DNA from: Octopus bimaculoides
Taxonomy: Eukaryota
NCBI RefSeq assembly: GCF_001194135.2
Contig: NC_068985.1
Location: 78,945,167 to 79,009,166 of the forward strand
Length of the DNA stretch: 64,000 nt
Direction: 5' to 3'
Below the pieces are notes generated by a model. It was given only the letters and a program-made list of their open reading frames with translations, had not been told where the DNA came from and did not search any database. Positions 47,690 to 61,077 of the stretch are shown here, piece after piece. Both the position numbers and the translations under genes were made by a program. Numbering within the stretch: the first letter of the stretch is position 1; every line of letters starts with the position of its first letter.

Positions 47690-48221
47690 ACGTTAAAGAA
47701 TAAGAAACTTTTTACTTAAAATATTGCAGCAAAGAATTCCAGTTCTAATTCATCACTCTTTACAGTTCTCATCTTTTAAATTTATTGTACAAAACTGTTC
47801 AACTAATTTTTAAGTTTGCCTAATCAGTCACTTTTTTCTGTATTTAAGATAGTAAATTAGCCAAATTCTACTTAAATAAGTATAGCATTATTTATAAAGT
47901 ATGATAAAATAATTTTCAATATTCAAATTTTAATTTTAGCTGCAATATAGGCTTTATTAGTCACGACATGTTTCCGCATTCCACATGTTCATTTGTGAAG
48001 ACATTATCATATTCATAAGATATTGTTTAAGATTATTCGTAATATCTATGATATCTTGAGGTTGCCTATATCATTCTGCATGTATAACCGTTCCATAGGA
48101 TTACACTGGAAGATGGGGAATAACAGGTGGTAGCAGTCAACAAGAAGCGTAGGAGCTTTTAAGAACACATTCTGAGGCATTTGCCCAAAACAAATTAAAC
48201 GTGTGTTTAATTTACATACAT

Positions 48222-48262
<41 letters not shown>

Positions 48263-49599
48263 CACTGTAAGCAATAATATAGTATAAACTTAAAGCTTAT
48301 AAGCGATCACCGTGCTAAAGAAATTAGTCTCAGGCATATAAGTCCTCGACGGGGGGGGGGGGGTAGTGTAGATTCCGTACGCGTGGGACTTGAATCTACA
48401 CTATATATTCGCGACAAGTGTTACCACACACACACACAGGTGATGTTATTAGTAATCATTCATACATACACCGTACATCAATCTGAAATAGAATTTTTTT
48501 TTTCTTTGCTCAAAAACAAATATATATTGTAAAGTACTTCTAAGGTCTTACATTTGATAGTATTATAGTGCATACTGGGCGAGTATGACTTTTCAAACGA
48601 AGCCTTGGTTGGCAGAAACATGGACGAACTTTATTCGTAACTCGACGTCACGCTAATTCTCGAGAATTAACTTCAAGAAGTATGTTTGTGTGTTATTCAG
48701 TCACACGTCAATTCAATGAATAGGCCATTTCGTTGATCGAACTGCAAAACTTTTTGTTAAAACCGACGGAAATACTTTTGAATAACAGGTAACCTTAAAG
48801 CAAAGCGGCGTGAATTAATATGAAACCAACAATAATGTATAAAAATAACTCCGCTATTCTGAGTCACCGAAACGAAGAAGTAAATGTTTAAAAATAGGTT
48901 TGTTATTATAATTATGAAGTTATTATATATTACTGATTTCATTTAAGTTATAAAGCCGAGCATTGTTGAAAAAAATAAGACGTATTCTAAAAGAGGGTAA
49001 CTCAATTCGAAAAGTAAACGAAAATGTGTTTTATTGGGAGATGAATTTTGTGAATTAAGATGTATACCTGTCGCAACAAGAATTAAATATATATTACAAG
49101 ATGTAATGATGTAGAACAGTCAAGATAAATTTCGAAACTATGTAATTTCCTGGCTGTCGTTTTTATTTCATCATGCCAGCAGCTAAATAAGTTATTTTGG
49201 TACAATTCTCCATTACTGTTGATTCCAATTTAATTGACACTGCTTTCGTTAAAGATAGCCGTGTGAGTATGCGTGTTTGTGTATGTGTGTATGTAGACAA
49301 AGAAATAAAGAAAGATATAGAGATATATTAAACAATATTACATATCCGGATCTATAGTTTTAATATAATAAATAATACATAATGTCGCACCAAGAGCATT
49401 TTTCTTCTGTCAGTTCGCTGATTCAACGAACTTCCAGATTTTGTTAGTTTGACAAACCTTTACTTCACCTCTAAGACATCAGATACAGTTGTTCCTGATT
49501 TGTACAGTAGATTGCTTCCACGAGTCGCAGTGTAAATCGAAATCGTGTAAGTCAAGTGAGATGCGATTTTACCTTTACTGTCCGCAGACAACAGAATGT

Positions 49600-49960
49600 A
49601 CTGAAAGTGGCTGTATGGTAAAAAGTTTGCCTTCCAACCATATGACTTCGAGTTCAGTCCCACTACGTGGCAACTTGGGCAAATGTCTGCTATAGCCCTG
49701 GGCCGACCAAAGTCTTGTGAGTGGATTTGGAAGGCTGATTGAGAGACGTTCGTCATATATATATGTATGCGTGTTGCACCACCGTTTAACAACCGGTGTT
49801 GATTGTTCTTACGTCCCCACAGCGGTTCGACAAAAGACCGATAGAATAAGTGCCATCTTTAAAATAATCAATAAATAAGCACTGGGGTCGGTTCTTTCTA
49901 CTAAAGTTCTTCAAGACAGTTCCTCAACATGACTGCAATCTAATGACCAAAACAAGATAC
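49600..49960 (+). mobile_element. CORE-like SINE family B
   Basis: gagttcagtcccactacgtggcaacttgggcaaatgtc...gggccgaccaaagtcttgtgagtggatttgg. Confidence 0.8.
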
Positions 49961-50943
49961 ATATTTTTATATATATGAGTGTATACATGTACGTATATTT
50001 GTATGCATGCTAATATACACGAATGTATGTATGTTAATGTGAGTGTACATACCCTGCTTGGGGCCCCAACTCTCTTCTGAAGTCGTAGGAACACCGTCGT
50101 GGCATAAGCGTGTCTTGGACATCACTCTCCAGGCTTAACCACTACCTACTTCTTCCATAAGAGAGGTCAGGCGGAAATTAATCGAGCCCTGTACAGAGTT
50201 GGTACTCTATTTATAGATCTCGAAAAGATAGAAGGCTTAGTTGACATCAGTGGGATCCGAACTTAGAGCGCAGATAGTCGGAGCTATTACTGCAAAGCAA
50301 CGTATCCGACGCTTTAACGACTATTACCAATATGCTGCTTGCGCGAACGTAAAATGGAATGAAAGCGAAGTGTTGTTTTTTTTTTTTCCTTAGAGTGTCA
50401 ACACAAATCTAATATATATTAATATTCAATATTTCATATTTTCGTCTATAACAGTATCCCCACTATTGTGCTTCGATTAAATCTTTCGATCTTTGAATAT
50501 ATAAAATGGCAAACAACAAAGTGAAAATCTGAAAACAATGATATATAAGAATTTATAGCTTCTTTACTCCTGAGATGTTATTTTGTACCATTTTATTTAA
50601 CTTCCCAGCTAGAAGTAACAACCAAATCTCTCACAAAGTACGTACCTATAACGTCTTATAAAAATGAACGTTAATATTAAGACAATCTTAAGCATCCTTT
50701 ATTGTGCTGGGCAGGCGATATTTTTTACGTTTGAAACACAACAGTATTTTACTGACAATTTCTATTATGAGATGTAATTTCGCATGCCAATTACGAAAGG
50801 CTCAAATATTTCCGGAGAAATGATAGAAAATTACGAGCATGTACATTGCTTGATTTTTTTTTTTTTTTTTAAATAACTTTTGCCAATCGCGATAACCAAT
50901 CCAGCAGACAATATGTTAGCAAAACAACCAAGTGAAGCCATCT

Positions 50944-51060
50944 TGGGGTTAGGGATTGGTTTAGGGTTTGGATTTAAATATTTATGGTTAGGATTAGGGT
51001 TCAGGGTTGCGATTTAGGGTAAAGGTTAAGGTCAGGATTTAATATTTAGGGTTAGGGTTT
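50944..51060 (+). repeat. Degenerate interstitial TTAGGG-like tract
   Basis: ggggttagggattggtttagggttt...attagggttcagggtt...ttagggttagggttt. Confidence 0.75.
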
Positions 51061-53202
51061 GTAGTGCATTGTAATTTCTTTTTTTTACAAACGTTATTGT
51101 TTCTATCATTAAATGTTTCACCTTGAAGTGTTCTGTAAAGTTTTGGTTATTCATTTCTCAAAACTNNNNNNNNNNNNNNNNNNNNNNNNNNNNNNNNNNN
51201 NNNNNNNNNNNNNNNNNNNNNNNNNNNNNNNNNNNNNNNNNNNNNNNNNNNNNNNNNNNNNNNNNNNNNNNNNNNNNNNNNNNNNNNNNNNNNNNNNNNN
51301 NNNNNNNNNNNNNNNNNNNNNNNNNNNNNNNNNNNNNNNNNNNNNNNNNNNNNNNNNNNNNNNNNNNNNNNNNNNNNNNNNNNNNNNNNNNNNNNNNNNN
51401 NNNNNNNNNNNNNNNNNNNNNNNNNNNNNNNNNNNNNNNNNNNNNNNNNNNNNNNNNNNNNNNNNNNNNNNNNNNNNNNNNNNNNNNNNNNNNNNNNNNN
51501 NNNNNNNNNNNNNNNNNNNNNNNNNNNNNNNNNNNNNNNNNNNNNNNNNNNNNNNNNNNNNNNNNNNNNNNNNNNNNNNNNNNNNNNNNNNNNNNNNNNN
51601 NNNNNNNNNNNNNNNNNNNNNNNNNNNNNNNNNNNNNNNNNNNNNNNNNNNNNNNNNNNNNNNNNNNNNNNNNNNNNNNNNNNNNNNNNNNNNNNNNNNN
51701 NNNNNNNNNNNNNNNNTATTGCTGGTTATTAACAATTTTTTTTTTACTTTCAGTTTGTTTCATTGTTATTCGTAACTTTATATGTAAATTACCGAAAGCT
51801 TACTGTATTGTGTTTTTGCTATCATTAAACTTAGTGCTCCAATTATTTTTCTTACTGATGCTTTACTGAAAATTCGATCTTCGGATTTGTTATACATTCC
51901 TGCAAATCAATTTACCAGGATTAAATTCCATCAATACTTTTATTTAACGCTTTAACTCTTTACTTATCCTGTGTATCACATGTGAGACACATGACGTATT
52001 TCCCTGATGCCGATATATGATACAAATTCACCCCCTCTTTTTTTTTTTTTTTTTCAATCACTAGAGTAACTAGGAACTTTATATTTATTACCCAGAACGT
52101 ATAAAACAAGGGTTAGCTAAAAGTCTAAAAATAAGCACGGAAGTTTGGGGCAAACTTTGGAAAATGCTTTGGTCAGGCAAAAGGTAAAAATTTGTTGGTT
52201 TAAGACATTAAATGTACGAACTTGGGCAATCTTTTGAGTTTAAAATTCCGCGCGTTCGCAGTTGTCATCGTTAAGATGAATATAAATTTGGGCGAAGTTT
52301 ATTTGTGTAACATTTCCACTTCGTTGAAGTCGTTTGCACTTGACTTGGATGCAAACTTTCCATCAGTAATTTACTAGCTGTCACATTTGTGATATGTTCT
52401 TTTTATAAACACCCTACTGTCTATGGTTACGCCCAGAATCTCAAGCTTTTTCATAGGCACCCTGCAATTCATAAAGTGCAAAATCAAGTTATATGGGATT
52501 ATTTTTCCTGATAAAAATCATTGTTTACGTTTTGAAGATTGTTTCAACGTTACTCTTTGTAATCCGCCTGCCTAAAACAAATGTGTGTGTGTGTGTGTGT
52601 ACAGCGAGTAAATAGCATGAACAGAGGCGTTTGTACATAGGTCCCGAGCCACATACCAAGTGAGATTGATTATACTGCGAGTTCTAGACATCAATTCAGT
52701 TATTTTCACCATCTCCTGCAATCTCATACAATACAAAGCTGTTATCTTGACTATTATCTTGCCACTAAGCATATTTTTTATTAAGAATGTAGGTAAGAGT
52801 GTGAGTGCGTGTCTGTCTGATATGCACACAGCTCCTTCTCATTACACACACACACCTTGCACTAATCATGATTCTGCTGGGTGAATGAACATCATACAAT
52901 GTGAACTTATGAAAAGCCGGAGATCATAAATGATCTTTAACGTCGATGACACATAATCATACATCTCACTGTCGAATGAGTCAACACAAGTATTTATTTG
53001 ATTAGTTCTTATTTTATCGACTCCGGACTATTAAACCGATGACGTTAAAAATGAAAAAAAAAAAAGTGACTAAATACGACTGCCAGGTATTTGTCCGTTC
53101 GCTCTATCGGTCTTTTATTGTGGCCCTCTACTAAAATATTGGTATTCTTTCGGTTTACGACCACAAAATTTTAAGTGGAAAATTATCCTAAGCAATCGGC
53201 AT

Positions 53203-53413
53203 TTAACTCTTTTGCATTCAGATTACTCTAACAAATGTAATGTTTATACTGTTTTGAATTAAATTATGCAGTATTTCGTAGCCTTGAACTTTAGATGATG
53301 CGATTATTTTTAGAGTGACATTGTAAGGTAGGCGTGAGAGGCCGGATCTGGCTGGTTTGAAGATAAAATATCATTTGGGCCTGACATGCTTGGTTTAAAC
53401 GCTAAAGGGTTAA
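53203..53413 (-). mobile_element. piggyBac-like TTAA MITE
   Basis: ttaactcttttgcattcag ... aacgctaaagggttaa. Confidence 0.8.
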
Positions 53414-54297
53414 AGAAAAATTGAAATTTTAAAGGGGAAAAAAGCTTGTTTATGATCGCTGTATTTTGAACATGGAATAAAATCGAAAAGAAACTATTAA
53501 AAAAAAATAATAATTTGGAAGGATAAACATTTGAAACGCATTTTGTTTTTTGTTACAATGGGGAGGGAGTGAAGCAAAACAATAATCTCCATGTTTAAAA
53601 CAGAGGAATATGAAAGAATTTTTTTTCTTTTTTTAATTTGTCTATTTTGACAAGTCTGCTTGGATATTGCAGACATTATCTGATCAAGAAAGGAAAGAAA
53701 ACGCAAAAAGATTGCGTCACTACTGATGATGATTTATTCACGTTCGCAAATTGTGTAAACAGTCTCTCTCGCACGCACGGTTTTACCAACGGGGATGGGG
53801 TGGCGAAATGCTTAGTATAATAATATATTTATAGTTTATACATTTATTTGAAGAGGCTACTGTCCGGAGCTACATAATCAGTTTTGTGTTTTCTTCCCTT
53901 TTCACCGCGAAAATACAAAAAAACAGTAAAAAGTTAACAGCGAGTAGCGATCGGCGGAATGTGTATGTGGGTGCGTGCGTAAGAGTATGTGTTTGTGTAC
54001 GAATGAAATTAAGTATTTTAATTAACATTTCGCGTGACGTCATCACATTACGACCATAACCGCAAAATCTCTACTATAGTTCAGCGCCAACATAAACAGA
54101 CAGCGGGCCAGGTTATACGACATAAAAAGATAATATTACACGTCGTTTCTTTACATTTACTAAATATATCCTAAAGAATTGATTGCGAATAGATTGGAAT
54201 TCGACTAAGTGGTAGCTTCAAACAAAATAGCCTTTATTCATAAACTGAGGCAATGCAACCATATTTCGGACGTCTAGAAGCGTTATTGGTAACGTTT

Positions 54298-56395
54298 CTG
54301 GATACTGGATGGTTTCCGTGTTGAAGCTCCTTGGAGCTTGTTCACAGGTCTTTTCCACTAGTACAATTAATTTGTCATGTGTGGTACAATACTTCGACAG
54401 TTGTAGCTAATAGTAACAGACAGGGTCAAATTTTGCTGGAAGCTCCCTCCAGTGTGCATCAAGCATGTTCTTGAAGGCATTGACTGATGAAACTGCGACC
54501 ACACTGTTTGGCAAACTGTTCCAAGTGGCGGTCACACGCTGCACGAAAAAGCAGCTTCTAATGTTGAGCCTGCACTGTGATCTTTCCAATTTCAGGTTGT
54601 GTCCACTCGTATTTCTGCTTTGGAAGTAGTTGAATTGGGGGCGGTTGGTTTGGTACAGGCCGTGCGTATACTTATACATATTGATCATATCCCTCGAGAC
54701 GGCGATATCCGAGACTAGGCAGGTTTCGTGCAGCCAAGCGCTCTGGGTATGGCTTTTTTTCAAGGATGCAATGAGTTTGGTGGCACGCCTCTGAACATCC
54801 TCCAACTCGCAACACATTGCCTGATGTCGGGGTTGCCAAACTGTATGTCCATAGTCAAGAATCAGGCGAACTAGAGACTTGTACAGCTGAACGAAGACAA
54901 CATGGGTGATGAAGTCAAATGATCGTCGGATGACTCCAAGGATTAGATTTGCTTTTGCAGTTGCTTGGTTTATGTGGTTCTTGAAGGTCAGCTCTTTGTC
55001 GATCAAAATGCCAAGATCCCCCTCCACCTCACTTTCTGCTAGCTCCACCACAGTCCGTTCACCCTGTGCATCCTGGTCTCTCATGTAGTATTTCCTGTCC
55101 GTCTTCGGGTTCCCCATTCTGAAGATGGAACACTTCTCAGGATGGAACTGCATTTGCCAGTTCGTCGACCACTCGTGAAGGCGATCCAGGTCGTCTTGCA
55201 GCGTTGCCATGGTCACATCAACGTCATTCCTTGCGAAGATCTTTGTGTCGTCACCAAATAACCTGACGTTGCTCTGGACATGCCGAGGCAGATCGTTTAT
55301 TTACATGAGAAACAGTACTGGGCCAATGACACTGCCATGTGGGATGCCACTTGTCACCTCTCCCCTCTGACTTCACACCGTTGACACAGACTCGTTGTGA
55401 CCGGTAGCTCAAGAAATCCCGGACATTTCCCTTGATACCGTGAGCTTCTACTTTGGATACAAGCTTACGATGTGGGATGCTGTCGAACGCTTTCATGTAA
55501 TCTATGTAGATCGCATAGACTCCTCTCTTTGCATCCAAGGCCTCCGTTCAGGTGTCAAGAACGTCAAGCAGTTGCGTCACACATGATCTCCCCTTTGTGA
55601 ACTCATGCTGTTCTTGGTTGATGAGGTCGTTTCGCCGCAGGTGTTCAATGATGTACTCACGAACAAGCACCTCCATCACCTTGCACAGTACGCAGGTCAA
55701 GCTCACTGGCCTGTAGTTGTTGACCGCAAAACGGCTCCCTTTCTTGAATATGAGGGTGATGTTAGCAGTTCTCCACTCGTCTGGGATTTTGCTTGTCTCC
55801 ATTGATTTTCTGTAGACAATTGTGATTGGCAGAGCGACTACATCCGATAGCTCGGAAAGTGTGCGTGGGCTGATTCCATTCGAACCTGGAGCCTTGGCAA
55901 TCTTCAGGCTTGTCAGCTGCTTGTGAACCTTTTCCACAAAAATGTTTTAAGTTGGTCAGCTCTGTGTCATACGTGTACTCTGGCATGTTTGGTAGATCGC
56001 CTTCCTTCTCTACAGCGAAGACACTCTGAAAGAAAGTGTTCAGCAGATCGGCTTTCTCTTTGTCTGTGGTTGTCAGAGAACCATCACTTCTTTTCAAGTC
56101 TGCAGTACCAGTCTTTGATTTCGTCGACTTCACGTATGACCAAAATGACTTCGGGTTTGTCTTGGCTTGTTGCTACCATTTCCTCTAATTTCTTCTTTGC
56201 TTTACGGCATGCCTTTGTCGCTTTATTTCTGTTCCTGATGTAGGCCTGATAATCTTGCCCATTCTTGGTCTGCAACCAACGTCTATACAGTCTGTGCTTC
56301 TGCCGCACTGTTTGGAGTGTATATCAAGCCACTTCTTCCTTCTTGATCTTGAATACAAGGGGAAGCTGGAATTGTATCTTTAACGCACATTAGGA
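54298..56395 (-). mobile_element. 5'-truncated CR1 LINE (RT part of ORF2, frameshifted)
   Basis: KAPGSNGISP, NYRPVSLTCVLCKVME, KAFDSIPHRKL, LQDDLD...W...FHPEKC, KANLILGVIRRSF, LEDVQRRATKL, GHNLKL...FFVQRVTATWNSLP. Short 3' UTR ending (T)ATCCAG x2. No endonuclease domain seen. Confidence 0.93.
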
Positions 56396-57719
56396 TTGTT
56401 TGGACGTAGTCGGTGAGAGGAAGTGTAGAAGCCTCACAAAGTTACTTAGACAGTTTCATCTGACTGGCAGGAACTGACAGGATTTTCCAAATGTAGCATA
56501 ATAGACACAGAGTAATCGTATCAGAGTGTACACAATGTCAACTGGTCTGTAGAAACTCCAGGACTGTGAACGGGTAGTCACCTTCTGTCAATTTGTCGCT
56601 GTCGGAGCTGCAGTCTTAGATTAATGGAACGAGCAAGTCTGAGTGTCAGGTATCTGAAATGCTGTCAGGCGCTCATGGTTTTCTACCAGTCGGGCAATGT
56701 AGTCGGCGGAAGTTCCATGTTAACTTTCTATAGAGCTATAATGATGATGGACAGCAGCGACGGCGTTCTCAGAAAAAGGAGAAAAAAAACTCTGGGCTTC
56801 GCGGAGAAGTAAACTGTCTTCAGTTTGGGGGAAATGAATATCTTGGCCTGAGTGCTACACGGATCGGGAGGAAACATTGCAAGCTAAACTCTACATGCAG
56901 GCACAGAAGAACTGTCAACTAGGCCTGACCGAGAAACGTGCAGAATGACGAATCTCTACATGCAATCGTTTAGTGTCTAAACACTGGTTTGAGGGTGAAA
57001 GAGACAGAATCAGCTGTCGGGCAAGTCCGCCGTGAAGATCGCCTCACTGTCTTCTTTTGACCAAGAACAGAAAGATTTCCTCCATTTCGTAGCCGTAGTG
57101 AAAAAGGTATGGCATGATTGAAAGCATCGAGGATGGGTAGGCCCTCATCGACTTTTTTAAATTTTGAGATGAAAGTGAAAGCAGAGAAGAATATGATGCC
57201 TTAAAGTAGCACTTTTTGAAAGAGAAGTGAGAAATTGCCACCACGGGTATATTCTGTCTGCGCAGGTAGGCCGAGGTATTGACAGCCAAGAGAGCATTTA
57301 CCTTTGGCGGTCAGGGTAATTTTGGATCTGTGAGATTCCTTGGTTGGCCTTAGGTGTATACTCTGTATGACATTTCTATTTTTTCTGTGGTCGAATTTCT
57401 GTGTAAAACTTTTTAACATTTTTCTTTACTTTTTCTAATCCATTGACATTATGGAAATAATAACTATTATTATTCGACAGAGTCGTTAGAAAGTCGGATA
57501 TCGTCTTATGGCGTCTAGGACTTTTTTACGACCTGAATTCATATCCCGCCGAGGTTTGCTTTACGTTTCAATGCTGTCGAAGTTGTCCTTACAATTCAAC
57601 CTTATGGGGTCAATAAAATAAAGAACCAGTCAAATACTTGAGCTGATTTAATCGACTGGCCCACTCTTCTAAATTTCAGGTTTCCTGCCTATGTTCGAAA
57701 CAATTATTATTTAGCTGGT

Positions 57720-57985
57720 ATGAAGACACATAGCTCAGTGGTTAGAGCGTCGGGGCTCACAATCATGATGAGGTAGTGAGTTCGATTCTAGGACCGGGCT
57801 GTGTGTTGCGTTCTTGAGCAAGACACTTTATTTCGCGTTGTTCCAGTTCACTCAGCTGTAAAAATGAGTTGCGACGTCACTGGCACCAAGCTGTATCGGC
57901 CTTTTCCTTTCCCTTGAATAACATCAGTGACGAGGTGCCTTGGAGGGTAACTTTCTAGGTGTAATCTTATGGTCATTAACTATCT
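57720..57985 (+). mobile_element. SINE family D, CpG-intact
   Basis: Head tagctcagtggttagagcgtcgggg...gagttcgattc; body gttgcgacgtcactggcaccaagctgtatcggcc; decayed tail tatggtcattaac. Confidence 0.85.
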
Positions 57986-60700
57986 AAGGAGATCTTTAAT
58001 CTTTGCCTTAGTGAGTGGCAGAATTGTTAGAGGATGGGAAAATGCTTTGAGATATTTGCAGCGGATTTTTATATTGTGAGTTCAAATTCCACCATGGTAA
58101 GTAAACTTTGCCTTTCATTACTCAGGAGTCGATAAAAAATAAAGTATCATATACCCTAAGGAGATCAATGATAACAACTATATCTCAACTTCTGAAAGTT
58201 GCTTGCCTTATGCCAAGATTAGGAACCATTACCATAATACTGGGTATTCAAGGCGCGGAGAGCTGGCAGAATTGCTTGCGTGTCGGAGATAACAGCAGTA
58301 TTTCTTCCTACTCTCGATATTCTGAACTCAGATTCCGCCGGGGTCGGCTTTGCTTTCATCCTTTGGGGCTGAATAATAAGTATCAGTCAAGTACTGGGAT
58401 CAATGTAATTGATTTGCCTCCTCCCCTAAAAATTGCTCGCCTTGTGCTAAAATTACGAAGAATTATATTTGTTCCGTTTGTGCCACATGTAGAAATTATG
58501 TGGATTAATTCCCCTGCACCTCTTCCTACAACAGGTGAGAAAGTTAAATGATATTGCAAATGTAATCGATTTAATGAGGAATGTCCACTAACTAATTACT
58601 GGTTCTCATATCAATATGTTTAATACATTCCTAGTGAAATGTGAAGTTTTTGTTTGCTGTGGGTTATTAAAAATATTAAGTGATATAGACATGATGGTGG
58701 AAATGTGACTGTGTGGTGAGGAGAAGCTCGTTTTGCAGCCACGTGTTACGGGTTCCGTCTAACTGTCTTTTCGGTTAATGCTGCTATTATTACCCCCCCC
58801 CCCCNNNNNNNNNNNNNNNNNNNNNNNNNNNNNNNNNNNNNNNNNNNNNNNNNNNNNNNNNNNNNNNNNNNNNNNNNNNNNNNNNNNNNNNNNNNNNNNN
58901 NNNNNNNNNNNNNNNNNNNNNNNNNNNNNNNNNNNNNNNNNNNNNNNNNNNNNNNNNNNNNNNNNNNNNNNNNNNNNNNNNNNNNNNNNNNNNNNNNNNN
59001 NNNNNNNNNNNNNNNNNNNNNNNNNNNNNNNNNNNNNNNNNNNNNNNNNNNNNNNNNNNNNNNNNNNNNNNNNNNNNNNNNNNNNNNNNNNNNNNNNNNN
59101 NNNNNNNNNNNNNNNNNNNNNNNNNNNNNNNNNNNNNNNNNNNNNNNNNNNNNNNNNNNNNNNNNNNNNNNNNNNNNNNNNNNNNNNNNNNNNNNNNNNN
59201 NNNNNNNNNNNNNNNNNNNNNNNNNNNNNNNNNNNNNNNNNNNNNNNNNNNNNNNNNNNNNNNNNNNNNNNNNNNNNNNNNNNNNNNNNNNNNNNNNNNN
59301 NNNNNNNNNNNNNNNNNNNNNNNNNNNNNNNNNNNNNNNNNNNNNNNNNNNNNNNNNNGATTTTCCTCATGAATTTTCGGAAGCCCTCCCCACCCCTCGG
59401 AAAAAATTTCCCCACAAATGTCTTTATAATCGTAATCTATACCGTTTGAAAAATATTTATATAAAATTCAAGTAAAAAAAAAGAAAAGCTTTTCCCTAAA
59501 AGTTATAAGGAAAAAACATCGGATCTTGTGAATTTTCCGAAGGCCTTACCCCACCCCACCGTTGCTTTCCGGGCATTTTTGTTTTCATATTCGTTTCCTA
59601 CACCTTTTTTTTTTAATCCGTTACACTATTGTTTTTTTTATTTCGTTTCCGGGTAATAATGTCAACATTAACCGCCTTTTCCACTATATATAGCCCCGGG
59701 CCTACCAATAGCTTGTGAGTAAATTTCATAGACGGAATCAGTGGAAGCAGCCCGTCGTTTGTGTGTGAGCCCCTTCTCCACCGCTTGGTGTTGGTCTGTT
59801 TACGTCCCCATAACATAGCGACTCGGCAAAAGAGAACTATTAGATTAAGTCAATTTGTTAGCCTAAACAACCCTTCAAGGCGGTGCTCTAGTCTAATGAC
59901 TGAAAAGTACAAAGTATAACATACACGACTATTTTTGCAAGGACGGGGTGGGGGTGGTAGAGGGATCTCCGTCGTTTGACTATGAGAATCCAAATGTACG
60001 ATCAACTGAATTATCATTTTAGACACGCGTAGCCTTAACATAATTGCCGGACAAGAATCAGCATGAAACAGTATGAGTGTGGTGAGAGACTAAGTTGTAC
60101 TTTTGAGTTGTAGGTACAATCTATTTGACAGGCTTCTTCACAGTTACCGTTAACCCAGTTTTTCACTTATTAGGAAAGGGGTCGACCCGAAGCTACAGAG
60201 AATAATACTTGCGTAAGAACACCACGCAGTGAGGCTGAACGAGGGACAAAAGTGGTTGTGAGACGAATTTCTTAACCATCCTAATATAAATTACTAGCAT
60301 GTATTTTATCGACTACTACCCACCTAGTGTGAGTGCATACTAGGGTTAAAGCTACTCAAACAGTTGATTCTATAGCACATGCAAAAACAAAAAAAATAGG
60401 CAGTATTTTACTAGTTACGAAGAACAAGTAGGGACATAGCACTACACTCTGTTAATGATAACAGGATGGTCACCACTGGATTGGAAAGCTTTTGAAAACG
60501 ACAGGAATTTTTTTTAAAAAAGCGTATTGTCCGCTATTTAGAACGCACAACATTATGATCTCCGTTTCAAAGAAAATTTTAATTGAAAATAAAACTTTAA
60601 CCGTAACCTTACAACTGGTCTTAAACCTTAATTCGTAACCTTTAACCTTCGGGACTTTATTTCCTCTTAACTCTTTTAATAACCTATATATTTGTATACG

Positions 60701-61077
60701 CTTGTTGTTGGCACTCCGTCGTTTACGACGTCGAGGGTTCCAGTCGATCCGATCAACGGAACAGCCTGCTCGTGAAATTAACGTGCAAGTGGCTGAGCAC
60801 TCCACAGACACGTGTACCCTTGACGTAGGGGGTATTCAGCGTGACACAGCGTGACAGTGTGTGACAAGGCTGGCCCTTTGAAATACAGGTACAACAGAAA
60901 CACGAAGAAAGAGTGAGAGAAAGTTGTGGTGGAAGAGTACAGCAGGGTTCGCCACCATCTCCTGCCGGAGCCTCGTGGAGCTTTAGGTGTTTTCGCTCAA
61001 TAAACACTCACAACGCCCGGTCTGGGAATCGAAACCGCGAGTCCGCTGCCCTAACCACTGGGCCATTGCGCCTCCAC
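60701..61077 (-). mobile_element. tRNA-derived SINE family E (~380 bp)
   Basis: Minus-strand head gtggaggcgcaatggcccagtggttagggcagcggactcgcggtttcgattcccagaccggg (A and B boxes), GC-rich body, (AAC)n tail. Confidence 0.8.

Noticed and set aside
54035-54042. Perfect CRE TGACGTCA
   Set aside because: A single 8-mer is expected about once in a window of this size; no cluster or linked gene.
60990-61077. tRNA genes at SINE heads (also 27904, 57720)
   Set aside because: A and B boxes are present but there is no complete cloverleaf, and each continues into a SINE body.
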